Sequence record: OR805294.1 | Length of the DNA stretch: 64,000 nt | Direction: 5' to 3' (one strand) | Shown: piece after piece, positions 57,733-64,000 of the stretch | Position numbering within the stretch: position 1 is the first letter of the stretch | Layout: each line of letters starts with the position of its first letter | The notes under the pieces: generated by a model | Databases searched by the model: none | Told to the model about the DNA's origin: nothing | The model's input: only the letters and a program-made list of their open reading frames with translations | Position numbers and translations under genes: made by a program

Positions 57733-58029
57733 ATGATTAACGGCGATTGGTCTAAATTAACAGATGAAGAATTGCAGTCTAGATTGATGAAAGCAAGGGA
57801 ATATTTAAATCAAGCACATATGGCTGGCCATCATACATTAATACACAGTGTAGAAATAACACTGGCACAACTAGAAGAAGAATACGAATACAGGATGACC
57901 AAGGCACGTAATGAGCAATTAACAAAAGAAAATATGGCAAAAGGTATAGATCCCCTTGCTCCTATTAATTTAGGTAAAGTATCGGGTGACCCAACTGCAT
58001 TAGACCGTATAACAAAAAGGAACAAATAA
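57733..58029 (+). CDS. Hypothetical protein
   Basis: 98-aa helical ORF. Confidence 0.6.
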   Translation: MINGDWSKLTDEELQSRLMKAREYLNQAHMAGHHTLIHSVEITLAQLEEEYEYRMTKARNEQLTKENMAKGIDPLAPINLGKVSGDPTALDRITKRNK

Positions 58030-58737
58030 ATGTTTGCTGACGTACAAGGGTTTTATTCTTTTAAAAGAAAATTTAAAACACACGTTCTTACTTCTGTATT
58101 AAAAGAAACTGAATGGGAAATTATAATTGGATTCGTTCCTGCAAAGGATGCAAGCAACGGAGAAGATTTAATTGATTTTGAAGTTCAAAAAAATATAATA
58201 GATTACTGGATTTCTAATTACGTAGAAGGCAGTATTATCGTTGATATGAGCGATACTAGAATTTCTATGTTGTATGATATAGCAGAAAATAACATAATAG
58301 GTGTTCCTAGTTTTCCTAAAGATTTAAAAACGCTAGCAATGGTTTTTCATTCTAAGATTTCATCTATAACAGATGGTAAGCTATCTATAGGTGACATTAT
58401 TATATCAGACGATAGTAATTTTAGTTACACATTTGGAAAACATGTAGATGAAATATACGATCTTCCTACAATAGACGATATGTTTCCTAATGAAGATGAA
58501 AAACCTATATGGGACGTGCCGTGGTGGGATAGGGTTGATGTAGATACATTTGATTATGTTCCTGATTTAGAAAATCGTACATTAGAAGAAGTACAAATGT
58601 CTGTTTGTACAAGACATGTGTTAAATGATATTAACGATAAGTTCGAAGCTGCAATAAAAGAAGAATTGGGTATAAATGTAGAAGCTGAAGACAATGTTGT
58701 AGACATAGTTGATGTTTTAAATGAACGACAAATATAA
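58030..58737 (+). CDS. Conserved hypothetical acidic protein
   Basis: 235-aa ORF overlapping the start of the dnaE N-half. Confidence 0.6.
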   Translation: MFADVQGFYSFKRKFKTHVLTSVLKETEWEIIIGFVPAKDASNGEDLIDFEVQKNIIDYWISNYVEGSIIVDMSDTRISMLYDIAENNIIGVPSFPKDLKTLAMVFHSKISSITDGKLSIGDIIISDDSNFSYTFGKHVDEIYDLPTIDDMFPNEDEKPIWDVPWWDRVDVDTFDYVPDLENRTLEEVQMSVCTRHVLNDINDKFEAAIKEELGINVEAEDNVVDIVDVLNERQI

Positions 58738-59230
58738 TAGAAAAGAAATAACTATATCAACAGGCATAAATATCCTTTTGCAAGGGAACCAGCTGGGAGA
58801 TCCACTCTTTGTTGACAACGAAGACATAAACAAGTATAATATGCACGTAGAACAAGTGTTAGGGTTGCATAAACTTAATACAACGAAACACTTAACCTGT
58901 TCTGTTGATGAATTTCATGAAAAAATGTCTTCAGAATGGTTTATGCCACCGGAATTTAAAAATATAGATATAGATTCTTTTATATTAAATTTATGTGACA
59001 CTAATGCACAAAAAGAAAGAGTATTAATGGAACTGAAACTCTTTCAAGAACGCGGTTTATACAATATGCTAAGATTTATGATATATTTTGTATCATATAT
59101 GAGGGAAAATTGCCTTATCTGGGGTGTGGGTCGCGGGTCTAGTGTTGCATCTTATGTATTATTTTTAATAGGCGTGCATAAAGTAGATTCACTAAAATAT
59201 AATTTAGATATAAAAGAATTTCTAAAATAA
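58721..59230 (+). CDS. dnaE: Minimal DnaE (Pol III alpha)-like polymerase, N-terminal palm half
   Basis: ERVLMELKLF...WGVGRGSSVASYVLFLIGVHKVDSLKYNL...EFLK matches DnaE ERLETEL...[24 protein letters not shown]...RFL. Confidence 0.85.
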   Translation: MNDKYNRKEITISTGINILLQGNQLGDPLFVDNEDINKYNMHVEQVLGLHKLNTTKHLTCSVDEFHEKMSSEWFMPPEFKNIDIDSFILNLCDTNAQKERVLMELKLFQERGLYNMLRFMIYFVSYMRENCLIWGVGRGSSVASYVLFLIGVHKVDSLKYNLDIKEFLK

Positions 59231-59242
59231 AAGGAGTTAATT

Positions 59243-59584
59243 ATGCAAAAAAAATCTAACAATGGCGTATTAGTAGATATGGATTCACTCCGTATTCAAA
59301 ATGAAAATGTAGTTGCAGTAGGAAACATGAATGTTAACGCAAAAGGCGACAAGTTGGGTCCAGGCGGCGAAATTATAGAAACTGCCGCCGAGCGAGTTCA
59401 CAGATACCATTCTGAACATCAAACAGAAACTGCAACAGCTTCTATCAAACCCAATCTAGATGAAGAAGATGAGCACGAAGAAGTAGTACAACCTAAAAAA
59501 GTTACAAAAGAAAAACGTAAGAAAGAAATTATAGATGACGAAGGGAACATTACTATAACAGAAGATAGTAATAAAGATATTTAA
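59243..59584 (+). CDS. Conserved hypothetical protein
   Basis: AVGNMNVNAKGD.LGPGG motif; SD AGGAG. Confidence 0.65.
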   Translation: MQKKSNNGVLVDMDSLRIQNENVVAVGNMNVNAKGDKLGPGGEIIETAAERVHRYHSEHQTETATASIKPNLDEEDEHEEVVQPKKVTKEKRKKEIIDDEGNITITEDSNKDI

Positions 59585-59586
59585 AA

Positions 59587-59913
59587 ATGAATATAATACC
59601 ACTTCATAACAATATTATTGTAACTAATTTTAAAAAAGGCGAACGCACGGTAGGCGGTATTATTTTTACAGATGATAACGGTAAGTCACACGGCATCCGC
59701 GCTCGGTGGGCACAAGTATCCCATATAAGAGAAGATCAAAAAGATACATTTGTTGTAGGCCAATGGGTGTTAATTAAGCACGGGCGCTGGTCCCGTCCAG
59801 TACACACTACAGATCAAAATGTATATTACTGTGCTGAAATAGATTCTATTTTATTGATATCCGATGAAGAGCCAGAAGACAATATAATAGTAGAAACACG
59901 AGTTTATAATTAA
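59587..59913 (+). CDS. groES: GroES-like co-chaperonin
   Basis: IIPLHNNIIV...T.GGII...VGQWVL. Confidence 0.7.
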   Translation: MNIIPLHNNIIVTNFKKGERTVGGIIFTDDNGKSHGIRARWAQVSHIREDQKDTFVVGQWVLIKHGRWSRPVHTTDQNVYYCAEIDSILLISDEEPEDNIIVETRVYN

Positions 59914-59926
59914 GGCATAATATCTA

Positions 59927-60856
59927 ATGAAAGAATTATGGACAGAAAAATATCGTCCTAAAAAAGTAGAAGATTACGTATTTACTAGTGAACAACAAAA
60001 GAAGCAAGTACAAAGTTGGATAGACAATAAAAGTATTGGAAATCTTTTGCTTACTGGTACACCCGGTGTAGGCAAAACTACTTTAGCTAGGTTACTGTTA
60101 AATGAATTAGGAGTAATGGATGCCGATTGTCTGTTCATTAACGCATCTAGAGATAACGGTGTAGATTTTATTAGGGACACAGTTAGTGGGTTTGCTTCTA
60201 CATTACCGTTCGGCGATTTTAAATATATTATACTAGATGAGTGCGACCATTTAAGTATAAATGCACAAGCAACACTTCGTGGAATATTAGAGCAATATTC
60301 AAATTCTTGTAGATTTATTCTTACAGGTAATTATCAAAATAAAATTATCCCTGCATTACATAGTCGTTGTCAGAGTTTCCACGTAGAAAAAGTAGATGAA
60401 GTCGAATTTACTACACGAATGGCGACTATACTTTTAAATGAAGGCATTAGTTTTGAATTAGAAGTGTTAGACGATTTCGTAAAATCTACGTATCCTGATC
60501 TTAGAAAATGCATTAATGTACTTCAGCAGAATACAACTAGTGGTGTATTAGAAATACCGCAAGCATCTAGTGTAACAACAGAAGATTATAAGATTAGTGC
60601 AATTGCTCTGTTTAAAAATGGAAAATATTCCGAAGCAAGGCAACTTATATGTAAACAAATACGACAAGAAGAGTATGATGATATGTATAGGTTTATGTAT
60701 GATAATTTAGATCTTTGGGGTGATACTGATGATCAAAAAGATAGTGCAATTCTTATTATTAGAAATGGCTTATCTAAACACTCATTAGTTGCTGATCCGG
60801 AAATAAACTTATCAGCAACAATTATAGAACTAGAACGAAACAGACGAGGACTTTAA
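59927..60856 (+). CDS. Clamp-loader large subunit (T4 gp44/RFC-like)
   Basis: LWTEKYRP, GTPGVGKT, NAS, ILDECD, SRC, PDLRK.IN. Confidence 0.92.
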   Translation: MKELWTEKYRPKKVEDYVFTSEQQKKQVQSWIDNKSIGNLLLTGTPGVGKTTLARLLLNELGVMDADCLFINASRDNGVDFIRDTVSGFASTLPFGDFKYIILDECDHLSINAQATLRGILEQYSNSCRFILTGNYQNKIIPALHSRCQSFHVEKVDEVEFTTRMATILLNEGISFELEVLDDFVKSTYPDLRKCINVLQQNTTSGVLEIPQASSVTTEDYKISAIALFKNGKYSEARQLICKQIRQEEYDDMYRFMYDNLDLWGDTDDQKDSAILIIRNGLSKHSLVADPEINLSATIIELERNRRGL

Positions 60857-60857
60857 T

Positions 60858-61220
60858 ATGGTTTCAACTAAACGAGCATACATTGTACTGACTCATCGAT
60901 ATTCACTAAAGAAATACACTAAAGACCAATGGGAAGTAACAGAAGAGTGTTCATTTCTTAATAAATTGCCGAATTCTGTGTTGCTTCAATCGTCTGTTAT
61001 TTTAGATGCAAAGACAGAAACTGTATATAAAAATAGAACAGAAGGCAATGCATCATATAACGAAATTGCAAAATATGTTGCCGAAAAATATCCCATTCAG
61101 TTTGGGCAATTTTATAGCCTTTTAGGTAAAGAGAATCCATTTGCAATAAAAGAATCAAATACTGCCAGCGAAGAAACCACAGAACCCGAAAATAGCGAGA
61201 CAGAATCTAGTGAGCAATAA
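60858..61220 (+). CDS. Hypothetical protein
   Basis: 120-aa ORF. Confidence 0.55.
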   Translation: MVSTKRAYIVLTHRYSLKKYTKDQWEVTEECSFLNKLPNSVLLQSSVILDAKTETVYKNRTEGNASYNEIAKYVAEKYPIQFGQFYSLLGKENPFAIKESNTASEETTEPENSETESSEQ

Positions 61221-61806
61221 TCTTATACTAGTAGATGTTGATGGTGTACTTTTAAAATGGTATCCCGAATTTTTAAATTTTTTGAAATCTAAAAACCTTA
61301 TACCGCAAGATAGTAATATTGTTGCATCTACGTATGATATGGCATCTGACTTAAAATTAGATAAAGATGCCATTAATGAACTTATAACAGAGTTTAATAA
61401 TTCTAGTGCAATGCGATATCTGTCTCCCATGGATAACGCAGTAGATGCTATTAATAAATTAAAAGATAAAGGATTTAGTTTTGTTGCTATTAGTAGCTTA
61501 AGTGGGAAAGAACATGCACTAGATAATAGAAAATACAATATCTCTGAAGTATTCGGCAAAGAAGTGTTTGATGAAGTCCACTGCATAGAGCCTGGACTAA
61601 GTAAAGAAGAATTGTTAAAGAAATATTCTAAAGATGCAATTCTCTGGATAGAAGACCATCCAGGTAACGCAGAATTAGGTCACAAACTCGGTATAAAAAC
61701 TGTTCTTGCACTTCATCCTCATAATACAAATGTAAAAACTTCTAAAAATATTATAAGGATTGATATAGACAAACTTTGGACCGAAATAGAAAATATTGTA
61801 AACTAA
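61210..61806 (+). CDS. HAD-family 5'(3')-deoxyribonucleotidase
   Basis: LVDVDGVL, ISS, K...WIED. Confidence 0.8.
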   Translation: MSNNLILVDVDGVLLKWYPEFLNFLKSKNLIPQDSNIVASTYDMASDLKLDKDAINELITEFNNSSAMRYLSPMDNAVDAINKLKDKGFSFVAISSLSGKEHALDNRKYNISEVFGKEVFDEVHCIEPGLSKEELLKKYSKDAILWIEDHPGNAELGHKLGIKTVLALHPHNTNVKTSKNIIRIDIDKLWTEIENIVN

Positions 61807-61808
61807 CA

Positions 61809-61842
61809 AAAATAAAACCCTAACTAGTTAGGGTTTTATTTT
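61809..61842. terminator. Perfect 34-bp palindrome
   Basis: AAAATAAAACCCTAACT|AGTTAGGGTTTTATTTT. Confidence 0.75.
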
Positions 61843-61860
61843 GGGTTTAATAATTAGACA

Positions 61861-61890
61861 AAATAAAAGGGGCATATGCCCCTTTTATTT
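61861..61890. terminator. Perfect 30-bp palindrome
   Basis: AAATAAAAGGGGCAT|ATGCCCCTTTTATTT. Confidence 0.75.
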
Positions 61891-62662
61891 AATTAATGTC
61901 CTTATACATTTCTAAAATATCTTCAATCAGTGGATGACGTTTAATATCCTTTGAAGTAAATTTAATGACACTTATGTGTTTATTGCCGCCTGCTTTATCG
62001 AGTCTTTCTAAGAAATCTTTTAGTCCATTTATTTCGAAGCCCCGATCGTGTTGCTCTATATCGCCGGTAACAATCATTTTACAATTCTCACCTATTCTTG
62101 AAAAAAGCATTTTAGACATGTTAGGCGTTGTATTCTGTATTTCGTCTGCTAATATAACACAATTTTTAAATGTTCTGCCTCTCATATATGCAAGGGGAGC
62201 AATTTCTATAATTTCTTCCATAAGCATTTGTTCTATTTCGACAGGGGAATAATATTCTTTAAACACATCCATTATTGGTATTACCCAAGGAGCCATTTTA
62301 TCTATTAGCGTGCCTGGCAAAAAACCGTGTTCTTCGTCGACTGATACTGCTGGCCTAGTAATTACAATCTTATCGCATTTACCTTCTTTATATGCTTTAA
62401 TTGCATACATAGATGCTAGTAATGTTTTTCCAGATCCCGCCGGACCTGTTGCAAATACAATGTGCTGTGTATCGTCTTCTAATGCGTCTACATATTCTTC
62501 TTGTGCTAAGCTTTTTGGTATTAGCTTAACTTCTTGTTTTCTTTGTATAGATCTTACTTGTTTAGTATTAGTAGACGGCTGAACAACATTGTTAGTTACT
62601 AGATGAAAGGTACTGTTAGGACCTTCGCTTGCTCGAGCTTTGCGCTTATCACGTTGTTTCAA
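61889..62662 (-). CDS. phoH: PhoH-family ATPase
   Basis: GPAGSGKT, ITRPAV, GFLPG, PLAYMRGRTF, DEIQN, TGDIEQHD, RHPL; TTG start with SD AGGAG. Confidence 0.96.
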   Translation of the reverse strand: MKQRDKRKARASEGPNSTFHLVTNNVVQPSTNTKQVRSIQRKQEVKLIPKSLAQEEYVDALEDDTQHIVFATGPAGSGKTLLASMYAIKAYKEGKCDKIVITRPAVSVDEEHGFLPGTLIDKMAPWVIPIMDVFKEYYSPVEIEQMLMEEIIEIAPLAYMRGRTFKNCVILADEIQNTTPNMSKMLFSRIGENCKMIVTGDIEQHDRGFEINGLKDFLERLDKAGGNKHISVIKFTSKDIKRHPLIEDILEMYKDIN

Positions 62663-62826
62663 AAGTATGACTCCTGGTTAAAATCTTATTTTTAGTGTGA
62701 TAATATGTATAAAGACCTAATCTTTACATTGTTATTTATGTGTGTTATTATACATTAAGACTTAAGAAAAATCTACATCTAATTTTAAATATTAAGATTA
62801 ATGTGTAGATAAATATAATATATTAT

Positions 62827-63360
62827 TTGGATAGTAAAATGAACAAACACAATGCAGATACTGCTAGAGAGAATTTAGTTCAAATAGCAGGAAATAATAA
62901 AGTATTAGATATGCTCATAGAATTAGAAAAAACATTAGATAACTGTAATGTTTTTTCTTATGCAAACTGGAATAAAGGAGAATTAGTTGCTGGACCCTTT
63001 ATTTCTAGATATTGGGTTACTACTACTTGGATGTACAATGAAAAAGATATGCCGGATCCCGATGCAGGATTGCGTTTACTAAAATACGGTTGCAAAGTAA
63101 AGTACGAAAGGGATGTTTTTTTAGAACCAAAAAAAGTAACAGGTAGACCTGACTACGAAAACCCATCCACTAAACAAGCAAAAATAGAAGAATTGCCTAT
63201 TTGGTTAGTGACAATAACTATGCCTAGGAAATTTATAGACGAAGCAATAATAGATGGCATGCAGGATTTCTCTAACGTAGATGATATAGATCCTAGTGCA
63301 ATAGCTGATGTAGAAGCAGCAGGCGAAAACGGAATAAACGATGTAGATGGAAATCTATAA
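62827..63360 (+). CDS. Conserved hypothetical late protein
   Basis: GATAAATA at 62808; start may be ATG 62839. Confidence 0.65.
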   Translation: MDSKMNKHNADTARENLVQIAGNNKVLDMLIELEKTLDNCNVFSYANWNKGELVAGPFISRYWVTTTWMYNEKDMPDPDAGLRLLKYGCKVKYERDVFLEPKKVTGRPDYENPSTKQAKIEELPIWLVTITMPRKFIDEAIIDGMQDFSNVDDIDPSAIADVEAAGENGINDVDGNL

Positions 63361-63389
63361 AATTATTCCATATTATAAAGGGGTATATA

Positions 63390-64000
63390 ATGTTAGCTAG
63401 ACACTCATTAAAAGGAACCGTATTACCTATAATTTCGGTGGATGAGTATATGCCTAAATCTGGAACACAGGAAGAAGTTATAGTCATTGCATTCTATACC
63501 ATTGACGAAGACCCTGCGTTTGATTTAGACGATTTTATAGAAAAAAGTTTTATAGAAGTATTAGATGTTGATGTAAGTCCCAATCCCGACGAAAACGGAA
63601 ATTATTTAGTATTTGTAGAATTAAAAAGAAAAGCAGGCTTCTTTGAAAAATTTTACAAGATTATAAAAGATGTAGAAAATGTTTCTGGAAAGCAAGACTG
63701 GTTAGTGAAGGCATATCTTTGTAACGAATTACTACCATACAATGACGAAAGACTATTAGATTATATAATATTACTAGGTGACGAAGAAGCATCAATAACA
63801 GAAAGTGTAATATCTATGCTTACTGATAGCGATATATCTTCTGCTCACATAGATGATTCTAGAATATACATATCTAATTCTCATAGAACAGTAAGTTTTG
63901 AGCCATTGTATATAGGCGAAACAGCATTTAATAGTTTAAAACTAAATGAATGTGCTATAGAACTATCTAATGTAGATAGTAATGTTGCTTTATTATCGGC
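63390..64000 (+). CDS. Conserved hypothetical protein, runs off the window end
   Basis: Open frame MLARHSLKGTVLPIISVDEY... with no stop to base 64000; not in the ORF track. Confidence 0.7.
   Translation, partial: MLARHSLKGTVLPIISVDEYMPKSGTQEEVIVIAFYTIDEDPAFDLDDFIEKSFIEVLDVDVSPNPDENGNYLVFVELKRKAGFFEKFYKIIKDVENVSGKQDWLVKAYLCNELLPYNDERLLDYIILLGDEEASITESVISMLTDSDISSAHIDDSRIYISNSHRTVSFEPLYIGETAFNSLKLNECAIELSNVDSNVALLS

Noticed and set aside
58721-59230. Split-intein trans-splicing of the two dnaE halves as in cyanobacteria
   Set aside because: No intein block follows EFLK or precedes DVDID
441-63487. Many minus-strand ORFs in the track (e.g. 17084-17533, 23092-23520, 29929-30375, 45665-46111, 46455-46820, 61155-61586) and plus-strand 61965-62252 and 62310-62582
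   Set aside because: They are antisense shadows of well-supported genes, with no motifs or RBS
1-64000. Stop-codon reassignment, as seen in some jumbo phages
   Set aside because: Genes are full length and tightly packed in the standard code, and TAG and TGA are used as real stops
1-64000. tRNA or rRNA genes
   Set aside because: Intergenic gaps are short and no cloverleaf with T-loop consensus was seen by eye; tRNAscan-SE would be definitive

Overview
AT-rich, densely coded segment of a T4-related jumbo myovirus genome. It uses the standard genetic code and lies almost entirely on the + strand. A proteobacterial host is likely, from consensus sigma70 promoters and E. coli-type NrdAB/FolE/ClpX. 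No tRNA, rRNA or CRISPR array was seen. Contents: terminase large subunit; a T4-like recombination/replication block (gp32-like SSB, UvsX, UvsY, UvsW, primase, gp41-like helicase, clamp-loader subunits, DNA ligase, two exonucleases); late/virion genes under a T4-like ATAAATA motif; nucleotide metabolism (nrdA, nrdB, thyA, dCMP deaminase, MazG-like, HAD nucleotidase); FolE plus two QueD paralogues; bS21; Fe/Mn SOD; PhoH; and a near-complete proteostasis set (ClpX, ClpP, ClpS, FtsH, YccA/BI-1-like, Hsp20, GroES). Most striking: (1) uvsX is fractured by an atypically split intein (17-aa IntN, 128-aa IntC) with a Vsr-like endonuclease gene between the halves, whose RBS is locked in a hairpin containing a late promoter; (2) a ~370-aa minimal DnaE-type polymerase is encoded as two intein-less halves ~43 kb apart that join exactly; (3) candidate RNA regulators occur upstream of ssb (gene-32-like pseudoknot) and hsp20 (ROSE-like thermometer); (4) a PAAR-peptidase M15 fusion and an unexplained ligase-like/nuclease/nucleotidyltransferase cassette. 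All family calls come from motifs recognised by eye, not from database searches.
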